A stretch of 64,000 nucleotides of DNA from a virus (Duplodnaviria; Caudoviricetes): positions 23,333-87,332 of the IMG/VR virus record IMGVR_UViG_3300032272_000005, one strand, 5' to 3'. The notes under the pieces are model-generated. The model did not search any database and was not told where the DNA came from. It was given only the letters and a program-made list of their open reading frames with translations. This document shows positions 36,945 to 46,711 of the stretch, one piece after another (the first letter of the stretch is position 1; every line of letters starts with the position of its first letter). A program made the translations under genes and the position numbers.

Positions 36945-37847
36945 TTAGGCTTCCTTCAAATGTGTAAATCGTATTGGCCCTATCGCAGTGGTATTGCGCT
37001 CAAGGCGTGTGGCTGTTGATTTCTTCGGTTTCTTTTCCACGACTTCGGTAGGGTTAAGGTGCGCTTCTGCAATTGTTTTAAACAGCATGAATTGCTCATA
37101 TACCTCATAAGACGTGTAGGCCTTAGTCGCCGCGATTTGCTCAGACATATCGAATACAGACGATTTCGCTTGTGCATTCAAAACTTCTTCAAGGTTATCG
37201 TCATGTATTTTGAAATAGAAACCTTTGTTAAATATTGGCCCCGTGTTGTGAACCAGTGTCCAACACCTATCACATGCCAGCATGGCAGACATATTCCCGT
37301 CTAAATATTCCCTGAATTGATCAGCTATAATGCCCCATGCCTCACCCCCGAATGATCCTAGCCAGCCACCCTCATGATAGTGCTTGCATACCGCGTCAAA
37401 CAGCGGCCCGATTGCCAGTATACCATTTTTAGATATGCTTTTCATGTAATCTGATCCAGTCCCCACTTTGTAAATAGCGACTGCATGTGGATTGCCCTGC
37501 CAGTTATCCCCGAAAGCGGTTTCAATCATGTGATGCTTTGCATGGCGCAATTCTTTGATGCAAATTCTCCACAGGTAGAAAAGTAATGAACGTGCAACCG
37601 TCCCACAGGACTTGTTCCAAGCCGAGCATAATTTGTTGTAATCATCTTGAGACATATCTGGCTGTTGCAGAACCAGTTTGTCTGCCAACTCGACACCACC
37701 ATAATGAATATATGCACCAACAGTCGGGCGCAGCATTTTTAACCCCTCTTGGTGATAATTATCAGCTTTGATAAGTTCCCCAATTGATACGTGTCGCTGT
37801 GGTTTAGCAACTCGCAAAGGGTGTTTTGTGAAATAGGTGTAGTCCAT
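36945..37847 (-). CDS. Uncharacterised protein (ELRH, GGEAW, LVHNTGPIFNKG motifs)
   Basis: TTGGAGA RBS, promoter at 37901-37906. Confidence 0.75.
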   Translation of the reverse strand: MDYTYFTKHPLRVAKPQRHVSIGELIKADNYHQEGLKMLRPTVGAYIHYGGVELADKLVLQQPDMSQDDYNKLCSAWNKSCGTVARSLLFYLWRICIKELRHAKHHMIETAFGDNWQGNPHAVAIYKVGTGSDYMKSISKNGILAIGPLFDAVCKHYHEGGWLGSFGGEAWGIIADQFREYLDGNMSAMLACDRCWTLVHNTGPIFNKGFYFKIHDDNLEEVLNAQAKSSVFDMSEQIAATKAYTSYEVYEQFMLFKTIAEAHLNPTEVVEKKPKKSTATRLERNTTAIGPIRFTHLKEA

Positions 37848-37908
37848 ATTGATCTCCAAAGTGGGTGGTGTTGGGCTAGCCTATTCCCCCATTAATGGTT
37901 TGTCAACC

Positions 37909-38496
37909 CTATGTTTTAAAACCAGTTAGCAAAGACCATAGACGGGCGCGTCTTGTCAGGATGGGTAGTGGTTCATCAAAGTGTATACGCCCCATTGCTT
38001 CCCAATCCACTGTAGGTGCACGTTCAATTGTAGACACATGCGTGAAAGGTGCGGATGCTTCAAACAATCCCGCCAAATCCAGAACTTGATTATATTGGTC
38101 TTGGGTTTCTACAGCGTGGGCTTTGTAGTTGGCCCTCACATACGCCACAGCCGCCTCACCTGTGAATTGTGGGTGTTGTGCCACAAGAAGGGCTAACAGC
38201 GTCCCAGTGCGGCCTGTGCCGCCCATGCAACCGACATACAGCTTTCTTTTCCCGTCTTCCAGATCGCGCAATATGTCAGGAAGATTATACTCTATTGCAT
38301 CAGTGTCGAATGTTTGGAAGTCGTTACACCCAAGGTCATAGGCAGGGACATAATCAATAGGGATTTCTATTGCGCATTTCACCAAGCCATAATCGACTGG
38401 CTTTTCGCGTGTCGGGCCAGCGTGGACATAAGCCACTTTGCCAGATGCTAAAGGGATTGCTAAACATTTTAGGGTGGGCTGTTGATAATGGTTCAT
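37909..38496 (-). CDS. Cys-dependent (PTP/dual-specificity-like) phosphatase
   Basis: VGCMGGTGRTG CX5R loop; AVET..Q. Confidence 0.88.
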   Translation of the reverse strand: MNHYQQPTLKCLAIPLASGKVAYVHAGPTREKPVDYGLVKCAIEIPIDYVPAYDLGCNDFQTFDTDAIEYNLPDILRDLEDGKRKLYVGCMGGTGRTGTLLALLVAQHPQFTGEAAVAYVRANYKAHAVETQDQYNQVLDLAGLFEASAPFTHVSTIERAPTVDWEAMGRIHFDEPLPILTRRARLWSLLTGFKT

Positions 38497-38873
38497 CGGT
38501 TTACTTTCTTCACTAGGGTATCGCACAAAGGTGCTTCTCGATTAAAGGCGCGGGGGCAGGGTCGGGTTGCTGTTCCGTACTTGCCATTCATATCTCGTTT
38601 CACAGTTTGCAGCATTAGTCCCTTACAGATTTTGCATTCCTGAACGGGTCTTTCATCTACGACAATCGGGCCAATCATGGAGAATGACAGAACTGTGTCT
38701 GCTGGCATGTGCAGCACGTATGATCCGAAGACTTTATTGCCCATAGAATGAAACGTATTTGTTGCCGCTGCCGCAATACCTCGAACACGGTTTTCAGTGT
38801 CATTACTAAACCCACAGTGACGGGCTTGGGATATTGCAATGGGGGATACTTTTATCTCATGTAATTTCAGCAT
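38493..38873 (-). CDS. Hypothetical protein with CxxC...C motif
   Basis: Tiles in dikinase operon. Confidence 0.65.
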   Translation of the reverse strand: MLKLHEIKVSPIAISQARHCGFSNDTENRVRGIAAAATNTFHSMGNKVFGSYVLHMPADTVLSFSMIGPIVVDERPVQECKICKGLMLQTVKRDMNGKYGTATRPCPRAFNREAPLCDTLVKKVNR

Positions 38874-39129
38874 CGTCTTGCCACCAGATGTTGACTGATT
38901 TTGGTGCAGCTATAACAACTTTGATCCGCTTGCCCTGTGAAGATCGCCTGTCCACCCCGACAAACACTTCGGGCCATATCTCGAAAGTACGATCCCATGA
39001 CAACCCGAAGCGATCCCCATTGTCCAGTTCCACTAAGCAAAATCCAGGCCGCTGAATGGAAAGAACAGTCAGATTGTGATCCCCTACGAAGATCGTTTGC
39101 TTTTCCAAGACTGAACATATTTTCGACAT
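38857..39129 (-). CDS. CsrA/RsmA-like protein (tandem, single-chain)
   Basis: IFVGDHNLTVLSI and IKVVIAAPKSVNI resemble the CsrA strands. Confidence 0.55.
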   Translation of the reverse strand: MSKICSVLEKQTIFVGDHNLTVLSIQRPGFCLVELDNGDRFGLSWDRTFEIWPEVFVGVDRRSSQGKRIKVVIAAPKSVNIWWQDDAEIT

Positions 39130-39141
39130 TTCGGCACATTC

Positions 39142-41007
39142 TCAGGTTACATCCAGTAGGTCAAGTAAATCTATTGATTTGGTAAACTTGGAGGGTGTGA
39201 GCGTTCCTGTTGCGCTACGGAATTCTGTTAGGGCATTTCCTTCGGTTCCGAAGACGATATGCCCCGCCAAACTATCTCTGAAGTATTTGATAAACCCTTG
39301 ATGAATAACCCCCACTTTGTTGGAGATCAAATCCTCACCATGACCAGTAAAATCCACTTCAAATGCAGCATGGTTTTTGCTGTCGGCTTTCTTGTGTTTT
39401 TCAGCCGCGATTATTTTTTCTTCCGTATCTGCCATGTTGCCAAGGTCAAGCACATAGGTGCGGTGCGTTCCCGCGTCTGAGTTTTTAAGGAAGAACACGT
39501 TATCAGATATGTCGCCGCCATGCTTATCGAATTCAGCTTTTAAAATGTCGTACAGTTCGGTAACGTCTCCACCAACGGATATATCCATTTTGCCAACCCA
39601 GACGCCGCCAGTGCCCCCGTCAATCGTTATAGTCTCACCCCTAACCATTGTGTTACCACCGATCTTTACAAAGTCTACACCGTCGTTATGGGTGAACTCA
39701 AGATCATCAGCCCCGACAACTGCCGAAACTCCAATGCCCCTTGCGACAACCGCAGAGTGACATGTGAAGCCACCCGTCTTGGTCAGGATTGCACCCGCCG
39801 CAGCCATTTGTGGGAAGTCTTCGGGTTGGGTATCTTCCGCAACCAGAATACAGGTTTTGTCGATGTCGCCTAACGGGGTGTCTCTCCAAACGATCCGACC
39901 AGAAAATGCAGATGGTGAAGCGGCAAGCCCAACAACACAGGGTTCATCTTTGGAAGATACGAATGAGACTTTGGAACTTTCAACCATTCTGCGTGTCAGG
40001 CGTTTCTTCAAATAGTTCAAAGGGATTTTTTCCTCTTTGGCAAATTGGACAGCCGTGTCGATCCGTGCCTTGGCAGACATTTTAGCTGTCCGCGTTTGCA
40101 GCACATAAAGCGTTCCGCTCTCGACAGTGAACTCAATATCTTGGACGTCTTTGTAGCGGGTTTCCAGTTTCCCGCACAGGTCACGTAACTTCACATAAAG
40201 CGCGTGTTTCTCGCCGCCCTCATCCCACAGTTCATTGATATTCTGCGGTGTGATTTCGCCTGACACAATTTCTTCACCTTGGCAGTTGAACCCGATTTCA
40301 CCAGTGATTTTATTTTCGCCAGTGGCAGGGTCGCGGGTGAACATTACGCCACTTCCAGAAAGCCCATCTGCGGTTCCCATTACCATGCGCTGGACTATAC
40401 AGGCCGTTCCCATGTTATCGTCAATATCGTGCATCTTGCGGTAGGCTTTGGCGCGTGGTGTATTCCAGCTTTCGAATACTGCGGTGACGCATGAGGTCAC
40501 TTGGTCAATTCTTTCAGATGGGATTGTCACGCCAGCCGCGTGTCCAAGTAAACGATCCAGCAATACATTTTTGAAAGTGCCAAATGTTTCTGAGCGTTTC
40601 TTGATTTCATCCATCAGGTATTTCACCCGCTCTTTGGATATGTCTTTTACAATGGTCAACCAGCCCGTTGCGAACCGTTCATAGTCAGGGTGGTTGCGTT
40701 CGGCTCCGACGTTCAAAACTGTGTCCATCATGCCTGGCATTGAGATTGGTGCACCCGATCTGACAGAGAATAAAGCGTCTGGATAATCGACTAGAAATTG
40801 CGCGATTTGGTTTTCTGCTAATGGGTGTAGGGTTCCCGTCTCACGGTAATGACGCCATACGTCTGTGGTCAGGATTAAAGCTTCTGGCACGTTCAAACCA
40901 TTCCCTGCCATTTCCAATAATCCCGCGCCTTTACCCCCGAACTCGGCAGGGTCTACATCGTATAGCGGGACATGGGAGGCATCGGTTCTTGCGGCGTAGG
41001 TGGGCAT
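39142..41007 (-). CDS. Pyruvate phosphate dikinase-like protein lacking the C-terminal PEP/pyruvate TIM barrel
   Basis: GGKGAGL, SVRSGAPISMPGMMDT, VQRMV, FTRDP, QDIEF, LQTR (ATP-grasp); GGFTCHSAVVAR (phospho-His domain). Confidence 0.9.
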   Translation of the reverse strand: MPTYAARTDASHVPLYDVDPAEFGGKGAGLLEMAGNGLNVPEALILTTDVWRHYRETGTLHPLAENQIAQFLVDYPDALFSVRSGAPISMPGMMDTVLNVGAERNHPDYERFATGWLTIVKDISKERVKYLMDEIKKRSETFGTFKNVLLDRLLGHAAGVTIPSERIDQVTSCVTAVFESWNTPRAKAYRKMHDIDDNMGTACIVQRMVMGTADGLSGSGVMFTRDPATGENKITGEIGFNCQGEEIVSGEITPQNINELWDEGGEKHALYVKLRDLCGKLETRYKDVQDIEFTVESGTLYVLQTRTAKMSAKARIDTAVQFAKEEKIPLNYLKKRLTRRMVESSKVSFVSSKDEPCVVGLAASPSAFSGRIVWRDTPLGDIDKTCILVAEDTQPEDFPQMAAAGAILTKTGGFTCHSAVVARGIGVSAVVGADDLEFTHNDGVDFVKIGGNTMVRGETITIDGGTGGVWVGKMDISVGGDVTELYDILKAEFDKHGGDISDNVFFLKNSDAGTHRTYVLDLGNMADTEEKIIAAEKHKKADSKNHAAFEVDFTGHGEDLISNKVGVIHQGFIKYFRDSLAGHIVFGTEGNALTEFRSATGTLTPSKFTKSIDLLDLLDVT

Positions 41008-41064
41008 ATGTATTCTCCAAAGTTGGTGGTGTTGGTTCCTACATACGCCCCTGCATTTGGTTTG

Positions 41065-41685
41065 TCAACCGTTTATTATTCCATACAATCCAGTTTCTAG
41101 GTATTGATCCAGCGCGGTTCCTGCCATTTGGATTGCGTGCTGTTTGCTCAAGTCCCAGTCGTTATCGTCATGTTCAGCGTCTTCCTTCAATATGAAAGCT
41201 GCCATTAATGCTGGTGCATCTGGTGGGTAGTGTCCACGATCACATAACGACACGGTAGCGGCTGCGGCTGCGTACAAGAACTCGGTATGGCCTGTATAAA
41301 ACCCCGTGCGGCGGAAGCGTAAATAGTGCTTCTGCATATCGTCAGCATATTGTCCGCGCCAATGTTCGGGTAGAAGTGACGAAACCTTCATTATAGACGC
41401 GACTACGGCTCTCTCGGTATCCTTGCGCACATAACGTGCCTCATTGTCAGCGGCCCCCTGTATGGCCTGATACATCACATATGCTGGAAACCCAAGTGAC
41501 ACGGCTTCCTTGATAGTTTTGGGCTTGGCCCGTTCCCGTGCTGCCCGTCCTGCATAGATGCGTTTCCACTGTTCTTCGTCGGTCAGATCACGCCACGATT
41601 TCCGCTTGCCTATTAATGGGTGGCGGGGCTGTCGTCTAGCGGCGGCTGGGCTTGGGTTTATTTTTATATCGCTGGGCATTTTCAC
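41065..41685 (-). CDS. Hypothetical protein
   Basis: 206 aa ORF following the glycosyltransferase. Confidence 0.65.
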   Translation of the reverse strand: MKMPSDIKINPSPAAARRQPRHPLIGKRKSWRDLTDEEQWKRIYAGRAARERAKPKTIKEAVSLGFPAYVMYQAIQGAADNEARYVRKDTERAVVASIMKVSSLLPEHWRGQYADDMQKHYLRFRRTGFYTGHTEFLYAAAAATVSLCDRGHYPPDAPALMAAFILKEDAEHDDNDWDLSKQHAIQMAGTALDQYLETGLYGIING

Positions 41686-42490
41686 TCCAATATTTTGCGC
41701 TATGGTTTATCATTAGATCATTTGGTCTTGGTTTCCCTGTCACCTTACGGGCATTTCCTTTCAGGTGATCCATGTATTCCCCTATGAACGAGTTAACGAA
41801 TGGATGCCCCGCCCCCTTTCGTCTGGGCAGGTGTGAAGTTAAACTGTAGTGTAGCGGGTCAGTTGCCCTTTTTGGCACATTTTTTCTGGCTATGTCAAAC
41901 AACCAGCTATCATGCCATTCTTTTTCTTTCTTAAATGTCCCATTGCGATAGAAATCTGTCCAGCCATTCAAGACGTCAATTCCGTGTTCATTACGCAAAT
42001 TGAAGTAGATGTAGCCGCATTCTGAATACTTGTAACACCGCCCCAGATATTGCAGGTCAACATTCGGGTTAGCGAACTGTTTCTGTGCCGCTTTCAAGGG
42101 TACACGGGAATGAGTGAGGCTATCCGCGTCCAACCAAATCATTCCGTCGTATGGGCGTTCCAAGCCTTTATTGTAAACCGTGGCGAAGTGGTGCAGAACC
42201 AGCGGCTTGTGGCAGAACTTCACGGCGTCGAAGCGGTAATTGTACTGCCCGTTTACGATACCCTTGGCAGCTTCGTTCCCGCCAAACTTGCAGACAAAAT
42301 CGTCACGATCCTTGACCACTTCTTTGTGGTAGTGAACTCGGTGAGATTTTATCTGTGGGATTGGTTCATCAGCAAATATATGCAGATCAATTTCGGAAGG
42401 CCACAGACGCTCGAAAGATGCTATCATACGGTGCGCGTATTGCTCATACCCAGCTTTGCTGAATGTGGTTACTACTGCCAGTTTTCTCAT
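41636..42490 (-). CDS. GT-A fold glycosyltransferase
   Basis: DAVKFCHK, WLDADS DxD motif, WHDS, HLKG; TAATG overlap with TerL. Confidence 0.75.
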   Translation of the reverse strand: MRKLAVVTTFSKAGYEQYAHRMIASFERLWPSEIDLHIFADEPIPQIKSHRVHYHKEVVKDRDDFVCKFGGNEAAKGIVNGQYNYRFDAVKFCHKPLVLHHFATVYNKGLERPYDGMIWLDADSLTHSRVPLKAAQKQFANPNVDLQYLGRCYKYSECGYIYFNLRNEHGIDVLNGWTDFYRNGTFKKEKEWHDSWLFDIARKNVPKRATDPLHYSLTSHLPRRKGAGHPFVNSFIGEYMDHLKGNARKVTGKPRPNDLMINHSAKYWSENAQRYKNKPKPSRR

Positions 42491-44346
42491 TATACGCCCT
42501 CTTTTGTCATTATGCTGGATTTCGTAGGATCGACGCCATGAGATACCCATGTTTCACGTTTTGATGCAAGTCCGTAGATCACGCCCGTTGCGGCGTCTGC
42601 CAAGTCTTTCGATCCGTCAGGCGGGTGATCCACTTTTGAATTCTGTGACACCCAGACCAATTCCCGTAATTCCTTTTGAAGCAATTCATTCTTCGGCCCT
42701 TTGACCATTCCGTCTAGGATCAGTCGTTTTGTCAGCATGTAGGGTTCAGGTGTTCTATCAAGTGACAACAACCCACTACGGAAATTCTTACGCCTCATTG
42801 TCTGGATGAAGTCGGCAGATTGAAACCCATCAAGACTAACCCATTTTATCGGGTATCCCATTTCACGCAGTACGAATATCAGCTTCTTGAGTTTGTGGAT
42901 TGGTATCTGTGACCCACCCGTAGGCTTGATTGTCAACAGGGCGTCCATAGTGATCTCAGGAAGCGTGTCAATCATGCCGCCCCCACGGTCAACCGTTTTG
43001 AACCCCGAACAGTGCCCCATAGCGAATGCAGCGTAATCAACCGACAACGCTAAATCCAAGTGCACATAACGAGCCTCTTTCGGATTTACTATATCATGCG
43101 GTGGTATCACGGCTGGCTGTCCATGGAAGTTGCATGTGTCGGGGTTGAAGATATTCTTACGTTTCCCGAATGCCTCTGCGATCAATGCATAGTTGCTGAT
43201 GAAGTTTGAAAAGCCATGCAATGCGATACCAGCAATGTCTTTGATTGCACCTGCAAGATCGCTTTCAAACGGCCCATAATATTCGGTTGGTACTTCCAGT
43301 ATGAACGGCTGATCCTCTACATGTATTTTCTCACCTTCTGGGATGATGTAGGGGCGGCGTGTACCATCCCCAGTAAACACTTTAAACCGCTCTTTGCTAA
43401 AGCGGCCTTCTGGTTGGACTTCCCAAGGGCGTTTATCATAAATGTAGATGTTTGTTTTGCCAGTCCGCGCTATCTGTCTATCACGTTCTTCTTTTTTCTT
43501 GTCGGTAAACTGTCCCGCGTAGTTTGCTGACCCGACGAGACATAACATTCCCAAGATTTTGCCTTCTCTCAAGAACCGACTTTCACGGCGTCGGGCAATG
43601 GCTCGGTAATTCTCTAACATCTGATCCCAGTTGCCCCCGTCTTTGGTACGGCTTGAGCCTTGGATCACTTTCATGTGGTTAACTTCGTCGATCATTCCGC
43701 CCATCACGTTTTCACCGATAGCGGCTGTCTCTGTGCCTGGAAGTGGTTCAACCACAATGGCGGAATTGTGGAAGCGGATAGACGCCTTCAAATCTTTTTC
43801 GTGTGGTGCGTTTTCCCGAAACCAAGGTGAACCTTCCAGCGTGCGTCTGAGCCGCATGTAATCGACTGTGAAGGCCGTGCCCCCCGTGATTGACTGCATG
43901 ATGAAACTGATCTCAGAGGATTTGTCCATTTCGAATTCAGCGTGTGGGTCGTTCAGGTTCAAAACGCTATACAAATTGAAAGCTGTCACAAGGATTGCAG
44001 CCGTGGTTTTGCCCGTCCCGATTGATCCCGTAAACACAGCTTCAGTGTACTTGCCAGAACAAGCCTCAATCACTTCTGCGCGTATCACAGGCCACGGGCT
44101 TGATATACCCCCAAGGTAATAGGGATCATCTAAGAACTGCTCACAGGTTACAGGCGGGAAACGATACTTCTTTTCTTCGGCTTCGGCGTGGCTGATCGTT
44201 TCTGTGATCTTGGCATAATACTCGTAACGGTGCACTAGATTTGGAATGCCACGTCCAATGTCCACGACGTCAGGCCTGTCAAATTCTAACAGTGCTTCTT
44301 CGAAGTCGGACAAGTCCTGCATTGCAGACGCAGTTGCATTGCTCAT
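42490..44346 (-). CDS. terL: Terminase large subunit
   Basis: GSIGTGKT Walker A, MIDE Walker B, HLDLA and KDLADA nuclease motifs. Confidence 0.93.
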   Translation of the reverse strand: MSNATASAMQDLSDFEEALLEFDRPDVVDIGRGIPNLVHRYEYYAKITETISHAEAEEKKYRFPPVTCEQFLDDPYYLGGISSPWPVIRAEVIEACSGKYTEAVFTGSIGTGKTTAAILVTAFNLYSVLNLNDPHAEFEMDKSSEISFIMQSITGGTAFTVDYMRLRRTLEGSPWFRENAPHEKDLKASIRFHNSAIVVEPLPGTETAAIGENVMGGMIDEVNHMKVIQGSSRTKDGGNWDQMLENYRAIARRRESRFLREGKILGMLCLVGSANYAGQFTDKKKEERDRQIARTGKTNIYIYDKRPWEVQPEGRFSKERFKVFTGDGTRRPYIIPEGEKIHVEDQPFILEVPTEYYGPFESDLAGAIKDIAGIALHGFSNFISNYALIAEAFGKRKNIFNPDTCNFHGQPAVIPPHDIVNPKEARYVHLDLALSVDYAAFAMGHCSGFKTVDRGGGMIDTLPEITMDALLTIKPTGGSQIPIHKLKKLIFVLREMGYPIKWVSLDGFQSADFIQTMRRKNFRSGLLSLDRTPEPYMLTKRLILDGMVKGPKNELLQKELRELVWVSQNSKVDHPPDGSKDLADAATGVIYGLASKRETWVSHGVDPTKSSIMTKEGV

Positions 44347-44813
44347 TACTTTTCAACTTGCTTTACGATTTCGTCACGCAGTTCCAGTGCCTTCGCTTTA
44401 ACCCAGCCATCCCATGAGCGTCCAGATAATCCACCCGTCGGGCTTTTACTGGTTTCAAGTGATGCTGCGTCTTGATCAGCGAAATGTTCACCCGCGAATA
44501 TCAGCATTCTGTTGTCGCCAGCAAGTGCATTAGTCAGTTGCTTTTGTCGAACAGCTATAACAGTTTCAGCGCGGCCCCGATTGTAGGCGGCTTTGAAGTC
44601 CGTGCGGTTCATGTAAGTGGACATGGTACTGGGACTAATGCCATAGTATTCTGCCATGACTGCATTACCAATTCTCAAACGCCCAAAGACTTCGATTTGC
44701 TCTATGTCAATATCAATGTTTGTGTTTTGGGCCAGAACAGGTTCGGCAATACGTACCTTCGCCTTCTTTTTCGGCTTTGGTTTTGGTTTATTTTTGATCG
44801 TTAGGGACATCAT
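44346..44813 (-). CDS. terS: Terminase small subunit
   Basis: HTH-like (MAEYYGISPSTM), YNRGRAE...ALAGD; TAATG coupling to terL. Confidence 0.75.
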   Translation of the reverse strand: MMSLTIKNKPKPKPKKKAKVRIAEPVLAQNTNIDIDIEQIEVFGRLRIGNAVMAEYYGISPSTMSTYMNRTDFKAAYNRGRAETVIAVRQKQLTNALAGDNRMLIFAGEHFADQDAASLETSKSPTGGLSGRSWDGWVKAKALELRDEIVKQVEK

Positions 44814-44875
44814 ATTCTCTCAGGATCAGTTTCGTTTAGGTTTCCAGTATGGGGGCTAGTGAACTCAAGATCAAT

Positions 44876-45517
44876 TCATTTTTTCGCCGCGCGTGCTTGG
44901 GATTTGCTCATCCATGCTTTTGAGTATTCACGATCTGCAAACAATTTGGAAAATCCAGTGATGTGCTTGAGCCTCAGAAGTTCTTCTTCACCCATACCCA
45001 ATTCATTACAGACCTCGGCGTCTGACCATCCTTCTTCCAGCATTGAAAACACCATAGAAGCCATACCGTCTACAGAGTGTGAACCCCGTGCCCGATTATG
45101 CCTTACTGTACTTGCCATCCTGTTGTTGATATCTTTGTCAATTACCACGATGGGAAGCATACCATTGTTGCGCTCATAAATGTCTTCATTGGTCTTGCAT
45201 ACAAAGTACCTGTGGAACCCATCTACAATAACATACAGGTTCTTGGTTTCATCCCAGACCGTCACGACAGGCTGGGTGTACCCATCATGCAGGATTGAAG
45301 TATAAAGTAACTTCATTTCTACCTTGGCTACTGAGTTTGGGTTATAATCATTTGGGCAGACCATTTCAACGGGCACCCAACGTATCAAATCGACTGGCTG
45401 GGAGGCATTGGGGCTTATTTCGTGCAACCATGCCCGAACAGCTTCAACAGCCGTTAGACGGGCTTGAGGGTCTTCAATGGCTGCAATTTTGTCTAGGTCT
45501 ATCGGATTAGTATCCAT
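44876..45517 (-). CDS. ibrB: IbrB-like ParB/Srx domain protein
   Basis: PNDYNPN, GYTQPVV, IVDGFHR, STVRHNRARG. Confidence 0.85.
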   Translation of the reverse strand: MDTNPIDLDKIAAIEDPQARLTAVEAVRAWLHEISPNASQPVDLIRWVPVEMVCPNDYNPNSVAKVEMKLLYTSILHDGYTQPVVTVWDETKNLYVIVDGFHRYFVCKTNEDIYERNNGMLPIVVIDKDINNRMASTVRHNRARGSHSVDGMASMVFSMLEEGWSDAEVCNELGMGEEELLRLKHITGFSKLFADREYSKAWMSKSQARAAKK

Positions 45518-46701
45518 CAGTTAGCCTTCGCTTTCTCTGCTTTTTCTAGTTCATGTGGGGGTATCCATGTGCCATATTTGGCTTTGATGGGTCTGCCCGT
45601 TTTCCATTTGATGAATTCCCCTGCTTGGGGGGTGGTGCCAAAGTTGTCCAGCTTCACAAAATAATAATCGTTTGTCAGGATCGTGCTTATCTGTACAGCC
45701 GTGAGGCGGTTCTTATTCAGCATTCCATCATAGGCTTGATCATCACGGGCAAAACGCTTCCTATATATCTCAGTGTGTTCTGGATTTATCACCAGCATAT
45801 CCAGTAGATGATCCCGATATTCTACCCATGTTTTGAACATCCAAGGTAGTTTTTTTGGTGCCTGAAACATATAGCTTTTCTCAAGGTTCAGGGCTGCGTG
45901 TACACCCCCAAGCCTCTCAGTCAATTTGTCCCATGTCTTCCCTTCAATCTCAGGAAGATAATAAAGACTGTGGATCGCTGTTGAATGGTGTAGGTTGGAT
46001 ACCCGCATTTGAAAGGGCGCAACGCCGTGCTGATACATGCTGTCGTATATGGTGCAATACTCACACCCAACTTCATGGATGTATTTCCAAACGTCTTTGT
46101 AAGACCAGTCATAAATTGGGTAGAACGAGTAATGAGGGTGCTTACCCTTGTTCAGTTTCTTTGCCCATGTGATGCCCTTGAATTTTGGTGAGGTAGTCAG
46201 TCCTTTGGATCGTGCGGGGCTTTCCTCTGCCCTCACACCCCCAATTAGACAGGCGCGTTCGTCGGGGTGATACACCCGTAGTACAGCGTCGAACATATCA
46301 TAGAAGGCTTTGGTTCCGAAGATGTTCTCGTGGATACTATTAGGCTCTTTTTCCCTCATCCAAGTCTTGCCTTCTTCCCAGCACTGTAGCCAGTTGTCTT
46401 TCATGGATGCGGAATTGAATAGCTGGATAGGTACTTGCAGCCAATAAGGTTCTACGCGGGGATCGTTCATAACAGTTCTTACATAGTCGGCAGTCGCTTG
46501 CCACTCGGCTTCCTGATCTACCCAGATTACTTTAAGGGGCAATCTGTCAAGTTCTGTGGCTACAGTTAACGCCAGTTGCAAGCATGTTGTGCTGTCTTTA
46601 CCACCAGAAAATGCTAGATAGATATTGTCGAATTCTGAATACAGAAATCTTATTCTGTCAAGTGCAGCCTCTTTTACGTTTTGTTTCAGGCGTATCTTCA
46701 C
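45517..46701 (-). CDS. ibrA: IbrA-like PP-loop protein (PAPS reductase family)
   Basis: FSGGKDS, GVRAEES, YPIYDW..KDVW, RVSNLHH. Confidence 0.85.
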   Translation of the reverse strand: MKIRLKQNVKEAALDRIRFLYSEFDNIYLAFSGGKDSTTCLQLALTVATELDRLPLKVIWVDQEAEWQATADYVRTVMNDPRVEPYWLQVPIQLFNSASMKDNWLQCWEEGKTWMREKEPNSIHENIFGTKAFYDMFDAVLRVYHPDERACLIGGVRAEESPARSKGLTTSPKFKGITWAKKLNKGKHPHYSFYPIYDWSYKDVWKYIHEVGCEYCTIYDSMYQHGVAPFQMRVSNLHHSTAIHSLYYLPEIEGKTWDKLTERLGGVHAALNLEKSYMFQAPKKLPWMFKTWVEYRDHLLDMLVINPEHTEIYRKRFARDDQAYDGMLNKNRLTAVQISTILTNDYYFVKLDNFGTTPQAGEFIKWKTGRPIKAKYGTWIPPHELEKAEKAKAN

Positions 46702-46711
46702 GATCTTATCC

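Noticed and set aside
39142-41007. PPDK as a gluconeogenesis auxiliary metabolic gene
   Set aside because: The PEP/pyruvate-binding TIM barrel is absent.
45517-46701. cysH-type sulfur-assimilation gene
   Set aside because: Paired with an IbrB-like ParB and methyltransferases; longer IbrA-type C-terminus; no sulfur pathway context.
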